Origin: a bacterium
GTDB lineage: Bacteria; Electryoneota; Electryoneia; Electryoneales; Electryoneaceae
DNA: 64,000 bases
Direction of reading: 5' to 3'
Assembly (NCBI GenBank): GCA_963669175.1
Contig: OY769902.1
Location: 3,264,001-3,328,000, forward strand
Shown here: in pieces, positions 31,441-40,250 of the stretch
How the letters are laid out: the number at the start of each line of letters is the position of its first letter
How positions within the stretch are numbered: position 1 is the stretch's first letter
Notes under the pieces: generated by a model
What the model was told of the DNA's origin: nothing
Database searches by the model: none
The model's input: only the letters and a program-made list of their open reading frames with translations
Translations under genes and position numbers: made by a program

Positions 31441-31530
31441 GCGAAAAATGGGACTGCTTTCTTTTCTTGTTTCTGATTCAGGATACGTGTGACAATGTTG
31501 AGGAAAAGGATACTGTACCGGATTTTTCGC
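31441..31530. repeat. Inverted doublet of REP-like palindromes (family related to 3065-3255)
   Basis: GCGAAAAATGGGACTGCTTTCTTTTC ... GAAAAGGATACTGTACCGGATTTTTCGC. Confidence 0.6.
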
Positions 31531-31551
31531 CAGTGTGTTGTTCTAAACCAG

Positions 31552-31638
31552 TACTCGAAATAATTTCGCATCATGTCATCCCCTCCCCGAATGTTGTAGT
31601 CGGGGATCAACCGGGGATCTCGAAGTTTTGCTGTCCTA
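31552..31638 (-). repeat. Dispersed palindromic repeat, copy 1 (homologue at 44557-44625)
   Basis: Reverse complement shares TAGGACAGCAAAACTTCGAGATCCCCGGT and GGGGATGACATGATGCGA with 44557-44610. Confidence 0.8.
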
Positions 31639-31670
31639 TTCAACATGATTTATGCAACCTACTATAAACC

Positions 31671-32066
31671 CTGTCTCTTACCCACATCTTCTGAAAGCTG
31701 TATCAGTAAAAGAGTTGTGGACATAGCATTTTTAGAATCCCGGCGGGATTCCCTATTTTAGCATAGTGTACAGGCCGTCTGTTTGGCCTGTACACTATGT
31801 CAGGTATTCTAACGAATAATCAACCCTGGAAGGGTTGCATAATACGCGATTCATATTAGTACGTTCAATAAATACAGGAAATAACGCATTTTATATTCTA
31901 TACAAACCAATTGGGTGTAAATTATACGTTATGCAACCCTTCCAGGGTTGAGATAAGGTTTGATCTTTTTCGTAGGGTAGACGCTAAACAGACAGCGTCT
32001 ACCCTACGCTAAAATATACCACCCCCTCTGGGGTGGCAGAAACACGAAGATGTGAGCAAGAGACAG
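31671..32066. mobile_element. 396-bp non-autonomous IS4-family (IS50/Tn5-like) MITE
   Basis: 21-bp TIRs CTGTCTCTTACCCACATCTTC / GAAGATGTGAGCAAGAGACAG (19/21 match) flanked by a 10-bp direct repeat ACTATAAACC (31661-31670, 32067-32076); no ORF inside. Confidence 0.88.
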
Positions 32067-32080
32067 ACTATAAACCAGCT

Positions 32081-32211
32081 GAAAATCTTGGTACAGCTAC
32101 CTTTTCTGCTATTGATGATGCTATGAAAGCCAGAATTTATCTGTATGTCACATCTTTAACCTTGTGCTCAGGTAATGTTTCCAGCAGAAAAGAGTAGCAG
32201 TCCCGATTTCC
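32081..32211. repeat. Inverted doublet of REP-like palindromes
   Basis: GAAAATCTTGGTACAGCTACCTTTTCTGCT ... AGCAGAAAAGAGTAGCAGTCCCGATTTCCC. Confidence 0.6.
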
Positions 32212-32366
32212 CGCCAACATTCACCGCGTATTGTTGTGCGATTCCTTTGTGAGCGTGGAGGAGCGCGCGCAATTGTAACCCAGTGATACAAAACTGCTTC
32301 TGTATCTCATAGTGTGTACCCGCACCAAATAGCGCGGGACCAAACAGAATTTGCTCTTAAATGAAC

Positions 32367-32395
32367 TTGACAGTACACTGACGGTTTGTTATAAT
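32367..32395 (+). promoter_or_regulatory. Consensus sigma-70 promoter of the MerR/radical SAM operon
   Basis: Exact TTGACA-N17-TATAAT, 46 bp upstream of the GTG start. Confidence 0.85.
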
Positions 32396-32441
32396 CCATA
32401 CGTGTGCTGACAGGTTAATTGTTTCCAGGGAGAAATGCACC

Positions 32442-33164
32442 GTGGCGAAGGAAGTTTACCAGAAAGCTGAATTGCTGGAAGAGTTGGGATTAGCGCCCGA
32501 ATTGCTGGCAAAGTGGGAAAAACTCGGATTGGTGCGTCCCCCGGGAATGATAGATGATGTGCCGTTTTACACACCGGAAAACATCGATCAAATCAATCAG
32601 ATACAACAGCTTGTCCAGCTAGGCTATGATGTCGGAGATATTCAGAAGATTGTCCGGAAAGTTGGTTTGCCCAACAAAGACGGTAAAAGGCGGAATAAGA
32701 ATACGGAAGAGGACTTGATTACCGTGGGCGAGCTTGCCAAACGAGCGAATCTGAATCCACGGACGATCAAGTACTGGGAAGAACGGGGGATTATCAGTCC
32801 TGATAGTCGTTCAACCGGTGGATTTCGCTTATACGCTACGAACTATGTGTACTTGTGCGAACTGATCCAGGATCTTCAGCGTTTTGGTTATTCGCTTGAA
32901 GAAATCAAGGAAACAGCCGATTTGTTCCGTGATTTCGTAGCGATTCGCGGGGGCTACGCCCAGATGAAACCCGAGGAAAAACTCGAGCGTTTTACAGTAA
33001 TGGAAGATAGAATCACCCAGGTACGGGATAAGATGAACGTGTTGAAGCAGGGGATCGCACGTTGGGAAGGCTTATTAAAGAAGCATCGTCGCGGCTTGAA
33101 CCTGTTGAAGAAACAGGCGACAGAAGAATTGCAGAAGCGGAGTAACGATAATAATAACAAATAG
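32442..33164 (+). CDS. MerR-family regulator with two tandem HTH domains
   Basis: Two MerR heads (WEKLGLVRP; TVGELAKR...TIKYWEERGII...GGFRLY) and a C-terminal coiled coil. Confidence 0.88.
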   Translation: MAKEVYQKAELLEELGLAPELLAKWEKLGLVRPPGMIDDVPFYTPENIDQINQIQQLVQLGYDVGDIQKIVRKVGLPNKDGKRRNKNTEEDLITVGELAKRANLNPRTIKYWEERGIISPDSRSTGGFRLYATNYVYLCELIQDLQRFGYSLEEIKETADLFRDFVAIRGGYAQMKPEEKLERFTVMEDRITQVRDKMNVLKQGIARWEGLLKKHRRGLNLLKKQATEELQKRSNDNNNK

Positions 33165-33218
33165 ATGTTTTTTAAGCCGAAAAAACAACCTCAAGGCTGA
33201 GGAAAAGGAGAATGTTTT

Positions 33219-34664
33219 ATGGCGTTCAAACTGGTGATGATTGAGCCCAAGGCACCCAACCTGCATATCTTTTCGGGGTTTTCACTACCGCGCCTGGGAT
33301 CGGTTATCCTGGGAACCCTGGCGCACAAGCTGGGCTGGGACGTTTCTGTTGTAATCGAAGAACAGTATCCGATAGACTGGGAAGAAGTTGCCAAAGCTGA
33401 TCTTGTGGGAGTATCCACAATCACGTCCACAGCGCCACGAGCATATGCAGTAGCCGAACGTGCCAGGAAACTCGGTGTGCCGGTAATCATGGGCGGGCCG
33501 CATGTGACTTTCCTGCCGGATGAAGCGATGGAACATGCAGACTTTGTAATGCGTGGGGAGGGGGAAGCAGCGTTCCCTTTATTCCTGTATGAATTTGCCA
33601 CAACCCACCACTGGACAAAGGTGCCTAACCTGAGTTGGCGAAAGCCGAATAGGGATATCATCCACAACGAGATGAGCGCAGACAGGATTGATCTTCGGAA
33701 TATTCCGCTGCCTGAATGGTCGCTGGTGAAAGGTAAATCGCTGGTGATGGGCGGAAAGCGGATCGTCCCGATTCAAACATCGCGCGGATGTCCGTTTGAC
33801 TGTTCCTTCTGTTCCGTAACGGGGATGTTTGGCCGGAAATACCGTCAGCGTCCGGTTGAACATATTCTTCAGGAACTGCGCCTGTACAATGACTCACGGA
33901 ATTTCATCTTCTTCTATGACGATCATTTTACCGCCAACAAGTCGCGTACGCGAGAATTGCTGAACGCCATGATAGCAGAGAATTTCAAATTTAAATTCTC
34001 AGCGCAGTTGCGGGCGGATGTGGCGCGTGATGTGGAAATGGTCAAGCTGTTAAAGAAGGCAGGATGTCACACGGTCTTCATCGGGTTCGAATCGGTGAAT
34101 CCTGTCAGTCTGGAGTCGATGAAAAAGCAGGCGACTGTGGAAGATATGGCAAATGCGGCGCAAGTGTTTGATCGTCACGGGATTCACATTCACGGTATGT
34201 TTATCCTGGGACTGGATGATGATCAACCGGAGACCATCAAGCAGACTGTACGCTTTGCCCGAAAGAACAGGCTGTCTTCCGCACAGTTCCTTATCCTGAT
34301 TCCCTTGCCGGGGACACGAAACTACGAGAAATTGAAGGCGGAAGGGCGGATAACATTTTCCGACTGGAGCCTGTATGATGCTCATCATGTTGTGTACAAT
34401 CCTACCAACTTCAGCCTTGCAGCGTTACAGCGTGCCCAGGTGTGGGCGCATGCGCAGTTCTATTCGTTGCGTGAAACGACAAAGCGTCTGTTCATGTTCC
34501 GGTTTGTCGATATAGGTATTGCCCATTATGCGCGGCGACTGAATCTGAACTGGATCAAGAAAAACAAGGCGTACATGAAGCTGTTGGAGTTGCTGAAACC
34601 GCAGAAGGATGCTGCTATTAAAGCGGATTTTCGACAGGTGATAGATCTGGAAGAGGCTGCGTAG
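33219..34664 (+). CDS. Cobalamin-binding radical SAM protein
   Basis: B12-binding domain (GGPHVT, GEGE), RGCPFDCSFC cluster motif, GFES, FILGLD. Confidence 0.92.
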   Translation: MAFKLVMIEPKAPNLHIFSGFSLPRLGSVILGTLAHKLGWDVSVVIEEQYPIDWEEVAKADLVGVSTITSTAPRAYAVAERARKLGVPVIMGGPHVTFLPDEAMEHADFVMRGEGEAAFPLFLYEFATTHHWTKVPNLSWRKPNRDIIHNEMSADRIDLRNIPLPEWSLVKGKSLVMGGKRIVPIQTSRGCPFDCSFCSVTGMFGRKYRQRPVEHILQELRLYNDSRNFIFFYDDHFTANKSRTRELLNAMIAENFKFKFSAQLRADVARDVEMVKLLKKAGCHTVFIGFESVNPVSLESMKKQATVEDMANAAQVFDRHGIHIHGMFILGLDDDQPETIKQTVRFARKNRLSSAQFLILIPLPGTRNYEKLKAEGRITFSDWSLYDAHHVVYNPTNFSLAALQRAQVWAHAQFYSLRETTKRLFMFRFVDIGIAHYARRLNLNWIKKNKAYMKLLELLKPQKDAAIKADFRQVIDLEEAA

Positions 34665-34702
34665 TATTTGAAGCACAAGACTGGGCCAAAATGCGAGAGA
34701 GC

Positions 34703-34733
34703 AAAAAAAACGCCGCGAAATATCGCGGCGTTT
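34703..34733. terminator. Bidirectional terminator
   Basis: A8-CGCCGCGA/TCGCGGCG-TTT between convergent genes. Confidence 0.75.
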
Positions 34734-34761
34734 CAGGATCTACAAATCTGCAATAGTGTTT

Positions 34762-35553
34762 CTAGTTTTCGATCCCCAGTGCGGGGCAGAGGTCTGCGAT
34801 GGACGGCACCACGGCATCCGGAATCACACCGGTACGTTTGACAAAGTCAAAATCATACTTGCCGGTCTTGACCATGGCAGTCTTGATACCGACACGTTGC
34901 GCGCCGAAAATGTCTGCTTCGATATCGTCGCCAACCATCAGGGTGCGTGCCGGGTCGATTTTGTACATCTCCAGCAGGCCTTTGTAGAATCCCACGGAAG
35001 GCTTACCCACGATTTCCGCTGATTTGCCTGTGGCGTATTCAATTGCGGCAACATAAGGACCGAGATCCAGGCGAAGCCCTTCGACCGCACGTTTGCGCCA
35101 GAAACGGTTCTTCTGCAACGCGATGAAGTGGCTGCCACTGAATACGAGCTGGAAGATCTCGTCGAGAATCTCGGGAGTCCATTCATTTCCAAGGTCACCC
35201 ATGACAACAGCGCCGGAACGCCGTTTTCCGATCTTCAGCCCTTCAAAGTCTTCCATGACTGATTCGTTGACGTAGAGCGCCACGGTTGGTTTTTTCATTT
35301 TCAGAATTTTGTCACGAGCAATAATCGCCGGGCAGATCACATCTTCAAGGTCCACATTGAAGCCGAGCTTCAGCAGTTCTTCATGGATCTGACGACGTGG
35401 TTTACGGGTTGTATTGGTGACAAATGCTACTTTAATGTTTAAGGCACGAAGCTTTTTTACTGTTGCTGTACCACCGGGGATTGGCTGGTCTGAAAGGGTT
35501 AATACTCCATCGATATCGAGAAATACCTGATCAATACCACGAATTGCGGCCAT
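34762..35553 (-). CDS. HAD subfamily IIA hydrolase (LHPP/HDHD2-like)
   Basis: DIDGVL, TNTT, GKPS, MVGDDIEAD, VKTGKY; start MAAIRG at 35553. Confidence 0.88.
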   Translation of the reverse strand: MAAIRGIDQVFLDIDGVLTLSDQPIPGGTATVKKLRALNIKVAFVTNTTRKPRRQIHEELLKLGFNVDLEDVICPAIIARDKILKMKKPTVALYVNESVMEDFEGLKIGKRRSGAVVMGDLGNEWTPEILDEIFQLVFSGSHFIALQKNRFWRKRAVEGLRLDLGPYVAAIEYATGKSAEIVGKPSVGFYKGLLEMYKIDPARTLMVGDDIEADIFGAQRVGIKTAMVKTGKYDFDFVKRTGVIPDAVVPSIADLCPALGIEN

Positions 35554-35803
35554 GATGTTAGTCCTGTAAGTTGGTTGTTGGTAGTTTTTTGTGAACCGCA
35601 AATATAGGTTGAATCAGGTAAAAAGCCAAAAAAATGACTCTCAGTCTCTTAGAGGCTTGATTCTCCGGAAAGAGGGCGAAGGACCACAGGCTTTTCTTAA
35701 AACGATTTCATGCCGCTTCAACTTGCAGCGAATACGCAATAATCCTACCTTTCGTAACGAGTTATTACTAGTCAAAACACATGCTAACCGAGGCGTACCG
35801 TCC

Positions 35804-38545
35804 ATGCCCGAACGTCTTTTCCTGATAGATGCCATGGCGCAGATTTACCGTGCGCATTTTGCCATGAGTCGAAACCCGCTTTTTACGACAAAAGGTGAAA
35901 ATGTCTCTGCCGTTTTCGGCTTCACCAACATTCTGCTGAACCTGTTGCGAACCGAAAAGCCTGACCGTCTGGCTGTCGTGTTTGACGCTCCGGAAAGGAC
36001 ATTCCGTCAGCAGATCTACGAAGAGTATAAAGCGACCCGGGACAAGATGCCGGATGAGCTGGTTGCGCAGCTTCCTCGTATTGATGAAATACTTGAAGCG
36101 TTTAATTTAACCAAAGTTATTTTACCGGGATACGAGGCTGATGATTTGGTGGGAACTCTGGCGAAACAGGGGGCTGCCAAAGGATATGACGTTTACCTCG
36201 TAACCGGCGATAAAGACTATTATCAGCTCGTTGATGACAATGTTTTCTTCTACAATCCAAGCAAACGATCACGTGCGGGTGAGGTAGAAGTATTCGGACC
36301 GGAAGGTGTAAAAGAGATCTTTGGCGTACTGCCGGACAAAGTGATTGATGTGTTGGCATTGGCTGGGGATACTTCAGATAATGTTCCCGGCGTGCCGAAA
36401 ATCGGGATGAAAACGGCTGTCAAACTGGTTGAGCAGTATGGCAATATGGAAGCTGCCCTGAGTCACTGGGAGGAGGTTGGCGGGAAGACTGGCGAAAACC
36501 TGCGTGATTTCCGTGAGCAGGCGCTGATGTCCAAGCGACTGGTTACCATCCGTAGAGAAGCGCCGATAAGTGTGTCCTTTGATGATCTGATCCTGGAGGA
36601 CTGGAAGGGCGAAAAAGCACGTAAGCTGTTTGTAGAGCTGGGGTTCAAGACGCTGTTGCGCCATCTGGAGACAGAACCGCTTACCATAGAATCACAATCT
36701 GGCGGGATAGATTACACAGCCGTTACAGATGAAGACGCACTCAAGCAACTGATTGATACGCTAGGCAAATCAAGTCGTTTTGCATTCGATACAGAAACGA
36801 CTTCAACTGACGCCATGAATGCGGAATTGGTGGGAATGTCTTTTTCAGTGCGTACCGGGCAGGCCTGGTATGTACCGGTCAACTATTTCCAGTTCAAAGA
36901 TATGGATTCTGTTCCCAATGATGGGCAACCATTAAAAAAATGCGGCCCGGTTCGGGACCGGTTACTGGACATTTTAAGGCCGGTTCTGGTTGGTGGTCCG
37001 GGAAAGATCACGCAAAACGGCAAGTATGATTTCCTGGTATTGAAGAAATACGGGCTGCATTGCGCTCCCTTGGCCTTTGATACGATGCTCGCTGATTACC
37101 TGATCAATCCGGGGCAGCGTGGACATAATATAGACGCTTTAGCTTTGAACTACCTGAAAATTAAAAAGGTGCCTACGAATGAACTGATCGGAACAGGTAA
37201 GGGACAGATCACCATGGATCATGTGCCGCTTACCCAGATCACGCATTACGCCTGTGAAGATGCGGATGTGACACTTCGCCTGATGGAAATCCTGGAGCAG
37301 AAGCTGGAACAGAAAGGTCTCCAGGATTTGATGGAGACTGTAGAGTTGCCCATCAGCGATGTTCTGCTCCAGATGGAAGCTAATGGTATCAAGCTGGATG
37401 TCGGACTGCTGAACAAGATGAGCAAAGAGCTGGCCGGCGACATAACCCAACTGGAAGCGGAATGTCATTTGATCGCCGGGACAGAGTTCAACTTGAACAG
37501 CCCCAAGCAGTTGCAGCATATCCTGTTCGAAAAGCTTAACCTGCCGACAAAAATGTCACGCAAGACCAAGACGGGGTATTCAACAGATCAGGATGTTCTG
37601 GAAAAGTTGGCTCCGCTTGATCCTTTACCGCAGAAACTGCTGGAATATCGTCAACTTCAGAAGCTGCAAAGTACGTATGTAGAGGCCTTGCCTGCATTGG
37701 TAAACAAAGCAACTGGCAGGGTTCACACCAGTTACAACCAGGCTGTGGCTGCTACCGGGCGATTGTCCTCAACAGATCCGAACCTGCAGAATATCCCGAT
37801 CCGAACCGAAATGGGCGCCGAGATCAGGCGTGCTTTTATAGCAGATGAAGGCAACCTCCTGCTAAGTGCGGACTACAGCCAGGTGGAATTGCGGATGATG
37901 GCGCATCTTTCCGGGGACAAGGATCTGATCGCCGCGTTCGAAGAAGGGCAGGATATTCACACCGCGACAGCAGCAAAGATATTCCGGGTGAATCCTGCTG
38001 ATGTCAGTAAACAGCAGCGCAGCGCATCCAAAGCTGTGAATTTCGGCGTGTTGTTCGGGATGCGTGAGTATGGCCTGTCCAGCCGCCTGGGCATCAGTAT
38101 CAAACAGGCAAAAGAGTTTATTGAGGGGTATTTCGGCGCTTATCCTCGTGTGGAGGAATTCATCAACGAACTGCTGAAGGCCGCCTATGAGGATGGATAT
38201 GTGTCAACTATTCTCGGCAGAAGGCGTCCGCTTCCGGAATTGAAATCAAGCAACAAGAATGTGAAAATGCAGGCCGAACGCATGGCCATTGCAACAACGG
38301 TGCAAGGAAGCGCCGCTGATTTGATCAAGCTGGCCATGATTACACTGCATCGTGATCTGAAGCGTGAAAAGCCACCCTACAAGATGCTGCTGCAGGTACA
38401 TGACGAACTGATTTTCGAGATCCCGGAAGGGGAGGAAGAGCAGGCCGCGAAGTGGGTAGGCGAACGTATGGAAAGCGCCATGGACTTGAAAGTCCCGCTT
38501 GTTGTGGATGCCGGATGGGGAAAAAACTGGCTGGAAGCGCATTGA
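35804..38545 (+). CDS. polA: DNA polymerase I
   Basis: 5'-3' exonuclease (YKATR, YEADD, GDKD), 3'-5' exonuclease FDTETT, motif A ADYSQVELR, motif C LQVHDEL; start MPERLFLID. Confidence 0.98.
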   Translation: MPERLFLIDAMAQIYRAHFAMSRNPLFTTKGENVSAVFGFTNILLNLLRTEKPDRLAVVFDAPERTFRQQIYEEYKATRDKMPDELVAQLPRIDEILEAFNLTKVILPGYEADDLVGTLAKQGAAKGYDVYLVTGDKDYYQLVDDNVFFYNPSKRSRAGEVEVFGPEGVKEIFGVLPDKVIDVLALAGDTSDNVPGVPKIGMKTAVKLVEQYGNMEAALSHWEEVGGKTGENLRDFREQALMSKRLVTIRREAPISVSFDDLILEDWKGEKARKLFVELGFKTLLRHLETEPLTIESQSGGIDYTAVTDEDALKQLIDTLGKSSRFAFDTETTSTDAMNAELVGMSFSVRTGQAWYVPVNYFQFKDMDSVPNDGQPLKKCGPVRDRLLDILRPVLVGGPGKITQNGKYDFLVLKKYGLHCAPLAFDTMLADYLINPGQRGHNIDALALNYLKIKKVPTNELIGTGKGQITMDHVPLTQITHYACEDADVTLRLMEILEQKLEQKGLQDLMETVELPISDVLLQMEANGIKLDVGLLNKMSKELAGDITQLEAECHLIAGTEFNLNSPKQLQHILFEKLNLPTKMSRKTKTGYSTDQDVLEKLAPLDPLPQKLLEYRQLQKLQSTYVEALPALVNKATGRVHTSYNQAVAATGRLSSTDPNLQNIPIRTEMGAEIRRAFIADEGNLLLSADYSQVELRMMAHLSGDKDLIAAFEEGQDIHTATAAKIFRVNPADVSKQQRSASKAVNFGVLFGMREYGLSSRLGISIKQAKEFIEGYFGAYPRVEEFINELLKAAYEDGYVSTILGRRRPLPELKSSNKNVKMQAERMAIATTVQGSAADLIKLAMITLHRDLKREKPPYKMLLQVHDELIFEIPEGEEEQAAKWVGERMESAMDLKVPLVVDAGWGKNWLEAH

Positions 38546-38571
38546 TGATCTTAATAGCCGGGTAAAGGATA

Positions 38572-40227
38572 GTGCAACGACAACTTCAAGTATCACTCGT
38601 TATAGTTTTGTTTCTGTTGGCTGTCAGTTCCTGCCTGTATGCAGAATCGACAGCGCGTTACTGGGTGTCGTTTGTTGACCGTGGCTCGTGGGAAGCCTTC
38701 AGCAGTGAACAGGTTGACTCCCTGGCAAGAGGCTATGTCTCTGAAGCCGCGATAGTAAGGCGTAAAGTTGAGGGAATAGTTGAAGATTCTTTATTGACGC
38801 TTGCCGATTTACCACCAGCGCCCGAATATATAAAAGCGGTTGAAGATTGTGATGTAACGATGCGACAACACTCGCACTGGTTCAATCGTATCAGCGTTGA
38901 AACTGACGTAGCTTCAATTGATAAAATCGCTGAACTTCCCTTTGTTCGTGACATTTCGCCAGTAGCCTGTGGGAAGACAACGGGTTTCAGTTATGAAGTG
39001 GCGGGTCAATGGGATGGTTATCCGCCGCCCGGAGCGGGCACAGATTTGCCTGGGCTGTATGGCCCTTCCTATTTGCAGAACCTGATGGTGAATGCTGTTG
39101 AAGCGCACAGGTTGGGGTATACCGGTCAGGGGGTATTGCTGGTTGTGCTTGATAGTGGTTTTGAGTTGTCGCATGAAGCGTTTACCTCGTTGGATGTGTT
39201 CGCCGAATATGATTTCATCGAGGATGATGACTACACCGGATATGAACCTGATGAGGATGTTGGCGGTCAGCCGGGACATGGCACAGCGTGTATGTCAGTT
39301 ATCGCCGGATATGCCCCGGGCAACCTGATTGGTATAGCTCATGGCGTTACGTTGATTCTTGGCAAGACAGAGGATGTCCGTTGCGAGGCAGAGCAGGAAG
39401 AGGATGATTTTATCGCCGCGCTTGAATGGGCGGAAAGGTTGGGTGCTCGCGTCCTCAGTTCGTCGTTATCGTATAAGGATTGGTATTCGTTCGCTGATTT
39501 TGACGGCCATACCCCGTTTATCAGCCAGGCAGTGAATCATGCACGAAAGCTCGGCGTAATGCCTGCGACTTCTTTGGGTAACGAAGGCCCGCAGCCACGT
39601 ACGCTTGGAGCTCCTTGTGATGCACCGGGAGCTTTGGGGATTGGAGCCGTGGACAGCACGGGAAAGATTGCACGTTTTTCCAGTCGTGGACCAACCAGTG
39701 ATGACAGAATCAAGCCGGATCTGTGTGCGATGGGGGTTCGAACCGCGAACGTGCAACCACGGACAGAACACGCTTATGCCCGCTGGAATGGCACCAGTCT
39801 TTCCTGTCCGGTAATCGGAGGAGTTCTTGCTCTGGTTCGAGGCGCGCATCCGGACTGGAACACAGACAGGGTTGAAGAAGCATTGAAGATGACAGCATCA
39901 CAGGCTGACCATCCCGATAATATCTATGGCTGGGGTATTCCGGATGTGATGGCCGCGATTCGTTATCCTGAAGTGGACGTGTATGTTATTGACGCTAGCG
40001 GCATCCCGGTACAGGGGGCTACAGTTACGTTGACATCAACGGAATCCGACATTGCGCCAAGGATAATGACGGATGAAGCTGGGATTGCTTTACTCCCAAA
40101 TCTCCCGCAAGTAAACTGGTCGTATGATGTTGCTATTGTTGACAAAGAGCAGCAGGTTGAGATACCCTTGGGAGGAGGGGAGTTTTTCCTTCCGCATGGT
40201 GGAAAAGTTGAAGTCGTGATTCCCTAG
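38572..40227 (+). CDS. Secreted S8 (subtilisin-like) serine peptidase
   Basis: Catalytic triad LDSG, HGT, GTSLS; signal and propeptide; C-terminal beta-sandwich. Confidence 0.92.
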   Translation: MQRQLQVSLVIVLFLLAVSSCLYAESTARYWVSFVDRGSWEAFSSEQVDSLARGYVSEAAIVRRKVEGIVEDSLLTLADLPPAPEYIKAVEDCDVTMRQHSHWFNRISVETDVASIDKIAELPFVRDISPVACGKTTGFSYEVAGQWDGYPPPGAGTDLPGLYGPSYLQNLMVNAVEAHRLGYTGQGVLLVVLDSGFELSHEAFTSLDVFAEYDFIEDDDYTGYEPDEDVGGQPGHGTACMSVIAGYAPGNLIGIAHGVTLILGKTEDVRCEAEQEEDDFIAALEWAERLGARVLSSSLSYKDWYSFADFDGHTPFISQAVNHARKLGVMPATSLGNEGPQPRTLGAPCDAPGALGIGAVDSTGKIARFSSRGPTSDDRIKPDLCAMGVRTANVQPRTEHAYARWNGTSLSCPVIGGVLALVRGAHPDWNTDRVEEALKMTASQADHPDNIYGWGIPDVMAAIRYPEVDVYVIDASGIPVQGATVTLTSTESDIAPRIMTDEAGIALLPNLPQVNWSYDVAIVDKEQQVEIPLGGGEFFLPHGGKVEVVIP

Positions 40228-40250
40228 AAAAGACAATACAGGGTGATGAA

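Noticed and set aside
31323-31667. ORFs 31323-31646, 31467-31667 and 44602-44847
   Set aside because: They are translations of palindromic repeats and terminators.
31671-32066. Nextera/Tn5 adapter contamination
   Set aside because: Both ends deviate from the mosaic end (2 and 3 mismatches), the inverted repeat extends to 21 bp, and a 10-bp genomic duplication flanks it.
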